A stretch of DNA of 64,000 nt from Blastocladiella emersonii ATCC 22665 (taxonomy: Eukaryota > Fungi > Blastocladiomycota), in NCBI GenBank assembly GCA_025594325.1, contig JANHCV010000010.1:744001-808000 (forward strand). The letters are read 5' to 3'. Positions 12,990 through 24,731 of this stretch are shown here, piece by piece. How positions within the stretch are numbered: the first letter of the stretch is position 1; each line of letters opens with the position of its first letter. The notes under the pieces are model-generated. The model made no database searches. It saw only the letters and a program-made list of their open reading frames with translations, and was not told the origin of the DNA. The translations under genes and the position numbers were made by a program.

Positions 12990-13101
12990 GTGTACATTTA
13001 TGAGGATAGAGGTCAGTGTATTTGAAGTCTGCGTTTGGGTGAATCAATGGGCGAGCTTTGGGTAACTCAACTCCGCGGGCAGCAAAAGCTTGGTCTAGCG
13101 A

Positions 13102-14997
13102 TCACTGCTGTGCGGCCGCGCCTTGCGCGAGGAGCGCCTCGAGTCGGAGCTTGCCCTCATCCGTGACCGCCGTGCCGTCGATATTCACCTTGGTAAGCAA
13201 GGGAAGATCGCGGTTCTCCAACGCGTCAATGACCGCGTCTTCAGCGGACGTTCCTTGCAAGTTGAGCTCCTCGAGCGAAGCGGGCAGCCCGCTGGCAACG
13301 TTCGCGAAGGCGAGTCCATGCTGCGAGAAAGAGCTCAGGTCAAGTACGCGAAGCGACGTTGCGGACGGGAGCCAGTTGGCGAGGGCGTCCAACGGCGTCC
13401 ACACGCCGAATTCGTCGAGCTCAAGCACATTGAGGTTCCGATTGTACGACAGATCGAGCAGCTCGAGCGAGTGCGGCGGCAGGGCGGTGAAAAACTGCTG
13501 GAACCCGTGCGTTGCAAATTCGCACTGCTGCATGGAAAGGCCGCGGAGCGTCTGCGGGAGTGCCTGTGCAAGCTCGGCCATGTTGACCGCCTTCACCTCG
13601 CACGAGTTGAGCTTGAGCGTGTGCAAAACCTGCGAGGTCGATGCCAGCCATCGCATGGTGTTCACAAGCTCCGCGGGCTCGAATGTGTTGGCCGAAATAT
13701 CAAGGCTGGTGAGAGTATGCGGCGACCAGGCAAGCAAGTTGGCAAGAAAACCATGTTCGAGCTTGGTCCTGGCGACGTCAAGGCTTGTGAGCCGCGGGAG
13801 CGCGCGGGTCGCGAGGGCACGGATCGCCTCGTCATGAACAACGTTGTAGCTGAGCTCGAGCTCCTCGATTGCGTCGGGAAGACCTTCGATAACCGCCGCG
13901 ACGGCCTCGGAGGGCAGCGAGCACTCCTTGAGAGACAGCCGACGCAAAGCGGGAAGAAGCTTGAGGCGGCGCTGGAGCGCTTGGGCAGCAGCCGCGAAAG
14001 CTTGGTTACTGCTGAGGTCAAGTTCCACCAGGCCGAGGGGCAGGAGATCGGCGACGATCGCGGCTGAATCGCGTTCGAGTTGGCAGCAGCTAAGGTTGAG
14101 GGACTTGAGTGTAGAAGGCAAGTTATCCATTAGCTTGCGGACCGCATGCGCGTCACCGAACCGGCTGGCCCACAGGTCAAGAATCTTGAGCGTGGTCGGA
14201 AGCTGCGGAGCAAGAATCGAGAGAAGCTCGCCCGACATGTGACTGAGGCCCATGTTGAGGTTCTCGAGACGCGAAGGGAGCATCATCGAAGCAGCATCCT
14301 CGCTGATTTCGCGGGACGTATGCTCGAAGCGGTTGTGGTAAATGATGAGCGACGTGACCGTGGGCGGGAAGCGAAGCTGAAGCACGCGCGTCACGTTGAG
14401 ATCGCAGCAATGAAGCGTCACGGACGTAACGCGCTGGTCGGGGGCGGCGAGCGCACTGTCGAGCATGGCGATACCGTCGGACGTGATGCGCTTGTACTCG
14501 ATCGCGACCTTGTCAAGAGCGCCGCGCTTGATGTCGTCGGCGATCCGAGCGATCGCTGCGTCGCCAGGCGCGACGCCCGCTTCGGCCGGGTGGAAGAGGT
14601 CAAGCGCGACCTTGGTCGTGACGAAAAATCCGCTCTTGCCGTGGTCCTGGTATCCAACGCTGCGCCACCACGCGAACAACTCCTCGTTGCCATTTTGGAC
14701 CAAATGGTTCAGTGCAGCGGCGTCGACGTCGAGGTCAAGGTTGTAGTCCCGGATCAGGCTGAGCAGCGGGATGTTGCCCCGGCACGCCGCTCGGAACGGG
14801 AAGAAAGCAGGGCAGGCGTCCAAGGCGGCACGAGTGACTCGCGGGGCACGGCTGCGCGGGAGGACCCGCACGTACTGCATGATCCCGTTGCGGGTGCCGT
14901 GGGGCCAGTGCAGCTCGATCGCCCGGACGAGGATGTCCTCGAGGATCTCGGGGACGTCTAGTTTACATTGCATGGAGTTCATGGTCATTTGATTCAT
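13102..14997 (-). CDS. RNI-like leucine-rich-repeat protein
   Basis: Repeated LxxLDLSxN / LxxLxLxxC motifs; start taken at MNQMTMN (14997). Confidence 0.85.
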   Translation of the reverse strand: MNQMTMNSMQCKLDVPEILEDILVRAIELHWPHGTRNGIMQYVRVLPRSRAPRVTRAALDACPAFFPFRAACRGNIPLLSLIRDYNLDLDVDAAALNHLVQNGNEELFAWWRSVGYQDHGKSGFFVTTKVALDLFHPAEAGVAPGDAAIARIADDIKRGALDKVAIEYKRITSDGIAMLDSALAAPDQRVTSVTLHCCDLNVTRVLQLRFPPTVTSLIIYHNRFEHTSREISEDAASMMLPSRLENLNMGLSHMSGELLSILAPQLPTTLKILDLWASRFGDAHAVRKLMDNLPSTLKSLNLSCCQLERDSAAIVADLLPLGLVELDLSSNQAFAAAAQALQRRLKLLPALRRLSLKECSLPSEAVAAVIEGLPDAIEELELSYNVVHDEAIRALATRALPRLTSLDVARTKLEHGFLANLLAWSPHTLTSLDISANTFEPAELVNTMRWLASTSQVLHTLKLNSCEVKAVNMAELAQALPQTLRGLSMQQCEFATHGFQQFFTALPPHSLELLDLSYNRNLNVLELDEFGVWTPLDALANWLPSATSLRVLDLSSFSQHGLAFANVASGLPASLEELNLQGTSAEDAVIDALENRDLPLLTKVNIDGTAVTDEGKLRLEALLAQGAAAQQ

Positions 14998-15275
14998 GGC
15001 GAGGTGCGGGGAGCAACACTCGACGGGGAGCGTGGACGACGGCCGCGATCCCTGTGAGATTCGGACCTCCAGCCCTGCCTCCAGCCCGACCTCCGCCTGC
15101 AACGTCTCACCCGCCGTGTCACGCAAGGGATCGTGGAATTCGGATGCCGCAAAGCTCAAAATTAAAGAGGGGGGTCGCGAGTGATAGGAGAGAGGGAGGA
15201 GGATAAACATGACGGGGAGAGAAGGAGGGTAGAGGAGAGTACACACACGACGACGCACGCACGCAGCGGTCCGTG

Positions 15276-18200
15276 TCATTGCTGCTGCTGCTGCGACGCC
15301 GCGTCAAGCCCGGCGGGCACGGTCCAGAGCTTGAGGTTTTGGTCCTTGGACGCGGCCGCCGTGACGACGACCACGGTGCCCTCGTCGTCGGCCGCGGACG
15401 CGAGAGACGCGACGTTACCGCCCGAGTGTGCGCCTGCGAGCGGGACGGGCTTGCCCGGCGCACTCGCGGTCCCGCCGGATCCGGGTCCGCCGGCGCCCGC
15501 GAGGCTGCCCGCGGGTGCGCTTCCCGGCGGTCCACCAGCGCTGCCACCGGATCCCGCGGCGCCGTTAGCCGCCGTGCCGTTCTCGCCGAGGAAGTTCCAC
15601 ACGAACGCGTTCTCGTACTCGCCGAACACGACGTGCGACGGCGGTGCGCCGGGGGCGGCGCTGGCCATGAACGCGCACGACATGATTTTGCCGGACTGCG
15701 CGGGCGCCGAGACGAGCGGCTTGAGCCCAGACCCCGCCGCGTCCCACACGGTGACCGCGTCCTCGGACGCCGTGACGAGGAGGGACCCGTCGCGCGCCCA
15801 GTCGATGCTGTGGATATTCCCCGCGTGCGCCGTGGCGAAGACGCGGACGTGCTCGGCGGCCGCCAGCGCGGTACCTGGTGGCGGGATGTTGATGACGAAC
15901 AGCCACGTCGCGAGGGCCGCGACGACGGTGCGGGACCCCTCGCGCGGCGACGCGCGGAGCGGGTTGGCCGAGTACGCGGGGCGGGTGCCGCCGGTGCCGG
16001 CGATGAGGGGCGGGAGCGGGAGGTTGGCGAGCGGGGTGCCGGACGCGCAGTCGAAGATGTGCAGGTCGCCCTCGCCGTCGATGGTGCACAGCAGGGTGCC
16101 GGCGACCTGGTCGATGGACGTGGCGACGGCACCGACGCCGAACTTGCGCTCGAGCGTGATATCGTCGGCCGTCGGGTTGCGCGGGTCGCCCGCGACGCGG
16201 AACACGCGCGCCATGCCGTCGAACGACGCCGCGAGCAGGTAGTCGCCCGAGAACCGGACGCACGTCAGCTGGCCCGCGAAATCGTCGAGCACGCGCAGCG
16301 TCTCGACGTGCCCGGACCCGGGCCCGCCGGGCATCGCGCTGCCGCGCCGCGCCCACAGCATGAGCTTGCGGTCGTGCGAGCCCGACGCGATGAGGTGGCC
16401 GGCCGGGTGGATGTCGCACGATGTGAGCTTGTTGTGGTGGCCCTGCAGCGTGGCGAAGTGGACGAGCGGCGCGGCGGCCGCGCCGAACGAGCTCGCGGTG
16501 CCGCTGCCCGGGTCCGCGTCAAAGATGTCCATCTCCATGCCCTCGAGGAACCCGCCCATGAGGTCCTCGCCGTCGATCAGCAGGTGCGCCATGTTGTCCA
16601 TTTCGCTGCCACTCGCCGCCGCCGACGTCGCGCTGGTGCCCGGTTGGCTCACGCCGCCGCCGCCACCGCCGCTGCCGAGGTGCTGCGCGTGCTGGGTTGG
16701 CGACAGGAGGAGCTGCTGCTGCGACTGGCCGGCCGACGAAACGCCGCCGCCGCCGGGGCCGCCGAGCCCGGACGGGCTGCCGAACCCGCTCGCCGACATG
16801 CCCGAGTGCACGAGCGACGACTGCGAGCCGTTGCCGCCGCCGCCGCTGCCCGCGAGCATCTGCTGCTGCTGCTGAAGCTGCTGGACCTGCATTGCCGAGA
16901 GCGCCCCGTTCATAGCGGGGCTCCCAGGAAAGTTCTGCGAGAGCTGCTGCTGCTGCTGCTGCTGCGCGTACATGGCGGCGGCCGCGGCCGCGTTCGGGTC
17001 CATGAGCTGCTGCTGCTGCTGCTGCTGCTGCTGGCCAGGTCCTGGCGGCTGGCGGACGCCCATCATGCCAGCGGGCCCGCCTTGCTGCTGCTGCATCGCG
17101 AGCTGCTGCTGCTGCTGTTGCTGCTGATGCTGGATCGCGATCTGCTGGGCCTGCTGCTGCTGCTGCATGTCGTGCTGGTGCTGCATCTGCTGCTGCTGCT
17201 GCATCACCTGGCGGCGAAACGTGAACAAAAAGTTCTGCTCGGCGGGCGACGCCTGGTACCCGTTGCGGATCTGGTTGGCGAGCTGGTCGTAGCGCTGCTG
17301 CAGCTGCATCTGCTGCTGGACCGACATGGCGACCGGCTGCTGTTGCTGCTGCTGCTGTTGTTGTTGCTGCTGCTGGAGCGCCATCTGCTGCTGCATCGCG
17401 AGCTGGTGCTGCTGGTGCTGGTGCTGCTGCTGCGCTTGTGGTGGCGGCGGTGGCGGCGACATGATCCCCGCGGCGGCCGCGGCGGCAGCCGCCTGCTGCT
17501 GCTCCTGCTGCTGCTTCTGGAGCGCCGCGTTGGCGTCCTGGACGACCTGCTGCTGGTGCGAGAACAGCTGGGCCTGCGCGAGCGTGGGCGACGGCGACAT
17601 GGTGTGCATGGACCCGGAACCGTCGTTGCGCGGCCGTTTGCGCTGCGGGCCACCAGCGGACTCGCCGAGGTTTGGTGGTGGTGGTGTGGGCTGGCCGGGC
17701 TGACGCACGGACGCGGCGGACGCGGCGGCGGCGGCCGCGGCCTGGTTCATCTGCTGCTGCTGCTGCTGCTTCATGCGCGCGAGCGCCTGCGCCTGCATCG
17801 CCGACGCGTTCTGCTGCTGCTGCTGCTGCTGTTGGTGCTGGAGCGCGAGCTGCTGCTGCATCATCTGCGGCGACGCGGACGGGTTCATGGCGCCGCCGGG
17901 CGGCGGCGGTGGTGGGGCGCGCGGCTGGCCGCCGCCCTGCATCATGCCAGGGTGCGACGGCGGCGGGCCGCCGGGCCGCTGCTGCTGCTGCTGCTGCTGC
18001 TGGTTCTGGCCCTGGGTGAGCTGGTTGAGCTTGATGTGCATGATGTTGAGGACCGACTGCTTCTCCTGCTCGTTGAGGGTGCGCGTGTCACGGCCCTGCA
18101 GGCCGAGCTCGGCGATGGCGGCCGAGAAGAGCGCGCTCTGCAGCTGCGAGTTGGTCTGCGCGGGCGGCGGCATCGAGCCGGACTGGCTCCCGTTACCGTT

Positions 18201-19578
18201 GCCGCCGGTGCCCTGCTGCTGGATGTGCTGCTGCTGCTGCTGCTGCTGCTGGAGCTGAATCTGCTGCTGCTGCTGGGCGAGCATCTGCATGTGCTGCTGC
18301 TGCGACATGCCCTGGGGCGGCTGCGGCTGCGGCGTCGAGCCCTGGTTCATGCCCGCCTGCTGCTGCTGCATCTGGAGCTGTTGCTGCTGGGCCTGGGCCT
18401 GGGCCTGGGCCTGAGCCTGTTGCTGCATCTGCTGCATCTGCTGCTGCTGTTGCTGCATCTGGAGGGCCTGGGGCATCTGCTGCGGCGTCATGGGGCCGGG
18501 GGTCCCGCCCATCCCGGGCTGCTGCTGCTGCTGCTGCGGGTTCCCGTCCTGGCCGCGGGCGAGGCCCGGGTGCGCAAACGCGCCGCCCTGCTGCTGCTGC
18601 TGTGGCGGCTGGCCCTGCTGCTGCTGCTGGCCGTTGAGCTGGGCGTGCATCTGGGCGGGGGTCGGCGGCTGGTTGACGGGGGTACCGCCGAGCGAGTGGA
18701 TGGACTGGGCGCGGGCCATGGCGTGGAGCTGGTGCTGCTGGTTCTGCTGGTGCTGGTGCTGCTGCTGCTGGAGGGCGAGCTGCTGCTGCTGCTGTTGCTG
18801 GTGCTGCTGCATCGCGAGCTGTTGCTGTTGCTGCTGCTGCTGGATCGCGAGCTGCTGCTGCTGCTGGAGCTGGTGCTGCTGCTGCGCGGCCGCAGCCTGC
18901 TGCTGCTGTTGCTGGAGCATGGCGATGGCGCCGGGCCCCGACCCGGAGCCGGGTGGCGGGGCGGACGGCGGCTGGCCGAGGACCGCGGGCGGGACGCCGT
19001 TGGGCGGGGTCGCGCCGCCGGTGCTGCTCGGCGGCCCGTTGGGCACGCCGTCGGGCCCGTAGTGGCCGTGCATCTGCATCTGCAGCACGCGTTCCTTTTC
19101 GCGCTGCTGGCGCAGTTTCTGGTGCTACACGTTTTGTGGGGATGTCAGATCGGCGCGAGCAGCAGCAGCGAGCGCCAGATCGCGTACCTCGACAAAGACG
19201 AGCGCCTCGCGCGACCCGCCCGAGGTGGCGCGGGCCTTGAACATGTCCCAGAACACGGTCCACCACTCGTAGAGGAAGCCGCCGTCCGGGGTATCGATGG
19301 GGATGGGCATGGAGGGGATCAGGTTGAAGTCGGTGACGGGGCGGTAGATGTCGGCGCCCGCGCCAGCAGCCGCGGCGGCGGCAGGCGACGAGGGGTTGGA
19401 GGGCGAGGCGAGCACCTCATTGTAGAAGCTCAGGGCGGCGGCGCGGTAGTTGCGCTTCCGGCAGTAGTCGAATATGTACAGATTGAGCCTGGACGCGGGA
19501 GAGCGGGTGGTGAGACACGGTCGGTCGGTCGGTCGGACGAGCGAGAGAAGCGCGGGCGTACATGCGATCACCGTCCAT
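15276..19578 (-). CDS. LisH/LUFS + poly-Q + WD40 transcriptional co-regulator (LEUNIG/Flo8-type), 3 exons
   Basis: Spliced N-terminus MDGDRMLNLYIFDY...FLYEWWTVFWDMF; very long Q-rich middle; WD40 repeats (GHHNKLTSCDIHP...SHDRKLMLW). Confidence 0.85.
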
Positions 19579-21327
19579 GATGGCAACAAGACTGCGGGAG
19601 CAACGAACGAACGACGAGCACGAGCGGGAAGGCGGGAAGAGACGGAGCGAGATGCGCGAGACTACGGAATCGAGGCACACGAGCAGGTCAGTCGACATGG
19701 TCGGTCGGTCGACCGGCGCGGTCGCGGGCGTGGTCGCGAAAGCGCACCAAAAGGGAAGCGAGGTGCTCGGGCACGGCGACACGTCGCGTGCGTGCGCGGT
19801 GAGGATGACGCGCCAAACGGCACTCGGCGGACCGCGGGGTCTCAGCGAACAAGCGCGATGGCGCCGATGCACCGAGTTGGCGCGCGCGCGGTCGGTCGGG
19901 GGGAAGTGCGGCACGGCGGTCGGCGGGGAGAAGAGAGAAACTCCCTCACGCGCTCGCGCCGCTACGGCTCCTGCAGCGAGTAGCGGGCAGCCGAGATGTG
20001 GGACCACGGCGGGCGCGGAGACGCAATATAGGGAGCAAGATGCACTCCGGGTCTCACGAGCGAGCGCGGGTCGGGGCGTGCGGGCGGGCGGACGGCGTGC
20101 ACGCGGGCGGGCCGGGCGATGAACGATGAGCAGAGTGCGGGGGTGGCGCGGAGCGGAAGCGCAATCGGGCCGCACGTCGGCACGTCGTCGCGGACAGGAC
20201 ACGGGCGAGTCTACACCACGAAGCAGGGCGAGGGCGGGCAGGCACGGCGCACGGCGCGGCTGCGGTGAGTTAAAAATCGCGACGCGGTCGGGTTGCGCCG
20301 GCCCCGCTGCTCGCTCGCTCGCGGCAGTCCTCGGCGGCCAGCGGCGGGTCCCGCGTCCAGTTGCCGCCGGTCATGGCGCCTCGTTGCTTGCGTCGGGCGT
20401 GACGCGACGCGGGTGAGGCCCCAGCGCCGCATCCGCGGGACATGGATGGATGGCCCGGCGCAGGGACGGCATGGTATGCCAGGGACCGAGGGCGCGACCA
20501 AGCGAGCGAGCGAGCAGGGACGGGATGGGATGGCGCGAGCACGAAGCGTGCGTACCCGCTGGCGGGGGCAGGGGCGGAAAATAGAGTCCGGGACCCTGGT
20601 CGCGGTCAGGCGCGCAGAGCGATCACCGCCGCGTGGATGTGGACGAGAAGGCGGGCGGGCGGCAACGCGTGGGCCGTGGGCAGCGCTCGGAGGAAGGCGA
20701 GGGCCGGCGGCAGGTGGCGGGGCCGTGGCGCAGGAGCAGCAGCGAGCGCCAGCCGTGATCGGGGACGGCGCGATGCGTGCGTGTGCGTGCGCGGGCTGAG
20801 CCACGGGCGGGTGGGCGGGCCGGTCGCGGGTCGAGTCGGCGAGCGGGCGGGCAGGCTGCGCGGTAGTGGCGCCGGCAGCGGCAGGATCGTAGGGCGCGGG
20901 TCGCTCGTCGTCAGTGTGGAGGCCGCGGCAGAGCGTCGTGGCGGCAAGAGGGGAGGGGCAGAGGGCGGGCAGAGGGAACGAGCAGCAGCGCGGCACGCGC
21001 GAGCAGGCGACCGCGGCACGCCGATATTGGCTGAGCCGCAATTCCTGCCACTCCCATCGGCCCACCTGCACGTGCGCTTTTCGCCTCACGTGCCCCGTTT
21101 CCGCCTCGCCGAGCCGTGTTTGCCTCGCTCGCTCGAGCGCTTCGCCGCGACCGCTGCCGATCACTCGGATAGCGACCCTCGCCCTTGACGGAGCGACTAG
21201 ACCACGCTGGCACCGTCACCGAGGCGACCCTCTCCATGCATCTTCTCTGACGTAACGGATCGACCCACCTTCGCCTCGCCCGCTGCTCCAACCGCGAGAG
21301 ATCACCCCGCTCGCCCACACCTCCACC

Positions 21328-23280
21328 ATGCTGCTGCTGGCTCGCCAGGCGATCCACCGCTCGGCCACGGCGCCCCTCGCCGGCCGGAGCGTCGCCGGCT
21401 TGCTCGCGCGCCCGCTCTCGACCGGCCCCGCACCACCAAGGGACGCCGCACCCGCGCCCGTTCCTGCGCCGATGCATCGCCGCCCGCTCGATCCGGCCTC
21501 GTCCATGCGCCTGCAGTCGTGCAAGCCGCGGATCGTGCTCCCGAAGGTGGTCCCGGCCGCTATCTCGAGACCTGCTCCTGCCGCGGCAGTACCGGCGCCG
21601 AAACCCGCCGCGCCTGCGGAACAACCGCCCCTCGAGTCGCTCCACGACGACCCACTCGAGCTGCACGCCGTCGACCACTTCACCCCGCCCGTCGACGCGC
21701 TGACGGCGCTCGTCGTCAAGGACCTGAACCGCGCGCTCGCCGCGTCCGACCCGAACGCTGCGTGGGCGAGCTACCTGGTCCTGACCAACTCGCGGTCCAT
21801 GACCGCCCGCGTCCGCGCCGGCACTCCGACCGTCCCCGCGCGCATGGACCACGTCCCGCCGCACGCGCACTCGCTGGTCCTGCACCTCGTCAAGTCGCTG
21901 ACCAACCGCCAGTTTGCCGAGCGCCACCGCGTGCGCCTGCCGCTCTACGTCGTCATCACGCGCGTCGAGCACGTCGTCGAGTGCATGCAGACCGCCGGCG
22001 TTCCGCTGTCGCACCACGACATCCACGCCCTCGTCGACCTGTACGCGCGCGCCGGCCAGGTCCGGTCCATGGAGCACTGGTTCCGCTGCTACGTCGACTT
22101 GCCGGCCGCCGACGGCGCGGCGCCAGCTGTTCCCGTCAAGCTCGTCAACAGCATGCTGTCCGGCTACGTCCGCACCCACCGCATGCGCGAGGCCCTGCGC
22201 TGGTACGACATTGCCGTCGCCAAGTACGGCCTCGCCGCCAACCAGTTCACCTACGCCACCCTCATGGCTCTCTTCGGCCGCGCCAACGACGTCGACGTGC
22301 TCGAGAAACTCTTCGCCCTCGCCGGCGGCAGCGTCCCGGAATCGAGCCCGTTCGCCGACCTCGAGGCCAAGGCCGACGAGCACCTCGCCGCGCTCGCCCA
22401 GCGTGCTGCCCAGGAGAGCGAAACGCACCAGCTCGATCTCGCGGACGCGCCCGAGTCGGCTGCCGCCGCGACCGACGCGCCGCCCGCCGCAGAACCCACC
22501 AAGGCGTCCGTCTTCAACTACGCCGCCGCCGTCGACCGCCTCGCCGCCGTTTCGCGCCCCGCCGCCCTGACGTCGTCGTCGCTCCCCGAGTACCCGGCGT
22601 ACGTGCAGCTGATCCGCGGTCTCGCGCGGGCGCACAGCCCGATCCGCGCGCTCGCCGTCGTGCACACGTTCCTCGCCAACCACCCGGCGACCTCGGCCGC
22701 CTCGGGCGCGTCGCCGATGCACGCCGGCCGCGCCGCCACCCGCCACGTCCTCGACGCCGCCGTCTACACGCTCGCGCGCAACGGAGCCCTGGGCCCCGCG
22801 CAGTCCCTCGTCGCCGCGTACGAGAAGAAGTTCGGCGTCGAGCCGACCGTTCGGGTGCAGAATTATCTGCTCCAGAACCTCGTCGCCACCCACAGCACGC
22901 GCCGCGCCCGCAAGGTCGCGCGCGGCATGCTCGCTAAGGAAATGCACCGCCGCGAGCTGGATTCCGCCGCGGGCGTCATTCCCGCGGACGTCGGACGGAG
23001 GTCCGCGTGGACGAGCGGGATCGAGCTCGCTACGTTGCCGAGTGCCACGGCAAAGGCCCTCAACGGCGGCAAGTCGCTCGGACCTGCGGAACCACCATCC
23101 GCCGCGACGCCGTCGCGGCACCGCCGCCGCAAGACGTACCTCAACTTCATCAGCATGACGACGGTCATGAAGGGCGCGCGGTACGACACGCCGGCCGAGC
23201 TCCCGTACTGGAGCAAGACGGCGCGGCACCTCGGGCTGCGCCAGGCGCGCGTCTGGCGGCGTCACCTCATCGCCGCGTAG
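21328..23280 (+). CDS. Pentatricopeptide-repeat protein, probably mitochondrial
   Basis: PPR motifs LVNSMLSGYVR...FTYATLMALFGR; Arg/Ala/Ser-rich presequence-like N-terminus. Confidence 0.8.
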   Translation: MLLLARQAIHRSATAPLAGRSVAGLLARPLSTGPAPPRDAAPAPVPAPMHRRPLDPASSMRLQSCKPRIVLPKVVPAAISRPAPAAAVPAPKPAAPAEQPPLESLHDDPLELHAVDHFTPPVDALTALVVKDLNRALAASDPNAAWASYLVLTNSRSMTARVRAGTPTVPARMDHVPPHAHSLVLHLVKSLTNRQFAERHRVRLPLYVVITRVEHVVECMQTAGVPLSHHDIHALVDLYARAGQVRSMEHWFRCYVDLPAADGAAPAVPVKLVNSMLSGYVRTHRMREALRWYDIAVAKYGLAANQFTYATLMALFGRANDVDVLEKLFALAGGSVPESSPFADLEAKADEHLAALAQRAAQESETHQLDLADAPESAAAATDAPPAAEPTKASVFNYAAAVDRLAAVSRPAALTSSSLPEYPAYVQLIRGLARAHSPIRALAVVHTFLANHPATSAASGASPMHAGRAATRHVLDAAVYTLARNGALGPAQSLVAAYEKKFGVEPTVRVQNYLLQNLVATHSTRRARKVARGMLAKEMHRRELDSAAGVIPADVGRRSAWTSGIELATLPSATAKALNGGKSLGPAEPPSAATPSRHRRRKTYLNFISMTTVMKGARYDTPAELPYWSKTARHLGLRQARVWRRHLIAA

Positions 23281-24090
23281 CCGAGGCTTCTTGGATCACC
23301 CCACCCTCCTGTTTGTTTGCTCGTTACCTGTGATATATACACTTCTAGTCATGAACCGGTCCGCTGCTCACGTATGCCATGACGTGACCGACGGCCTGAA
23401 AGCTTGCGTGCACGCCAGACAAACGGCCATTTGCTAGAGTATCGCGATGCTTGTCGCATAAGGTGTGACGCAGCTCAAGCTGGTAAGACCAGCCGGTGCG
23501 AAAGGCGCAAGAGAGGCCAGAGCAGGCTTGCGAGACGCGTCGAGGTATCATGTGACCGCCACCGATCATGAACGACGCGTCCCCGACCCAAGGCCGGCTG
23601 AGTTGCAAGGTGTCTCCTCACCGATAAGCTCTTGGGAGTGACGTCGCAGGGTCCGAAATGCCACGTTAGCAAACGTTCCAACCCTCAACGAAGGAAGGCA
23701 GGTCGCGTTTCACCGAGAGAACGTTTCTTGGAGCGCGGCACTTTCTTAGAACACCTAATCGATTGCCCTCATTTCAGGCTGCATCGACCTGCATGCACGG
23801 TTGCCGAGTTGGGCCAAGGTTGGGCGTAGCGCGGCCACAGAGCGGGGAAGCGTGGGCCATGATGAAACGCGAGCGCGTGCTGCGCCACCATCCAGCGTCA
23901 CCGGGTCCTGCAAATGTCGAGCCCCTCACGGCAGGCTGGTCACCGTTGCACTGGATCCGGGATCGAGAAGGGGTCCGACTGCAGCAAACCAATCTCGCCG
24001 CTGAAAGGGCTTTCATCGAGTGCGTCGGCTTCTGCCGCCGTGTCGCGCCGAGCACTGCTCGAGAAGCTGTTCAAGAGGCAGACCCGAGCC

Positions 24091-24098
24091 CTATAAAG
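24091..24098 (+). promoter_or_regulatory. TATA box (CTATAAAG) upstream of the secreted-protein gene
   Basis: 92 bp upstream of ATG 24183; the same octamer precedes both Cys-rich peptide genes (46530, 47755). Confidence 0.6.
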
Positions 24099-24182
24099 AC
24101 CGGCCGCGCCCCTCGCTCTCTCGGCGTCTGATCCTCACCCAACAGCCCAAGCAGCCAAGCTCCCGCACCACTCATCGCCACC

Positions 24183-24599
24183 ATGAACGCCGTCGCCTTC
24201 CTCGCCGCCCTCGTCCTGGCCCTCGTCGCGACCGCCACCGCCGCCGCCGCCAAGGCGCCCTTCCCGGTCCCCGCCACGTACAAGGCCGGCACCATGCACT
24301 CGCTCACGTTCGCCGCCGACGGCAAGCTCACGGTGGCGTCCAGCGTGCGCTGCTTCCGCGCGCCGTGCCCCGAGGCCGGCGGCAAGGGCACCTGGTCGTA
24401 CGACGCCAAGGCCGACGCCATCACGATCCGCATGGAGGTCACGCCGACGTGGTCGGTCGCGCAGACGTGGACGTGCCCCGGCAAGTCGCGCGACATGAAC
24501 GTCTCGCACATGGGCGGGTGTAAGATCGTCAGCTTCGCGGGCACGCAGGCCGACAAGCTGCCCGTCCCCGCCGACGCCAACTCGTGGAACCGCCAGTAA
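24183..24599 (+). CDS. Small secreted protein (138 aa), copy 2
   Basis: Translation identical to 3367-3783. Confidence 0.85.
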   Translation: MNAVAFLAALVLALVATATAAAAKAPFPVPATYKAGTMHSLTFAADGKLTVASSVRCFRAPCPEAGGKGTWSYDAKADAITIRMEVTPTWSVAQTWTCPGKSRDMNVSHMGGCKIVSFAGTQADKLPVPADANSWNRQ

Positions 24600-24731
24600 G
24601 CTGCTGCCCGTCAGTCGTCCTGTGTGTTTGATTCCCTCCTGTTGTTCCTTCCCCTCCTGCCGTGTGACCCTTGCGTGTGTACCTCAGTGTGTGTGACCCC
24701 AAAATCAAAGTATACACATCAATCTTTAGCT

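Noticed and set aside
15273-19580. 1435-aa plus-strand ORF
   Set aside because: Antisense shadow of the poly-Q gene (CTG runs read as poly-Leu)
19600-21320. Several overlapping Arg/Ala-rich ORFs between the LUG-like and PPR genes
   Set aside because: Expected stop-poor frames in GC-rich divergent promoter/UTR DNA
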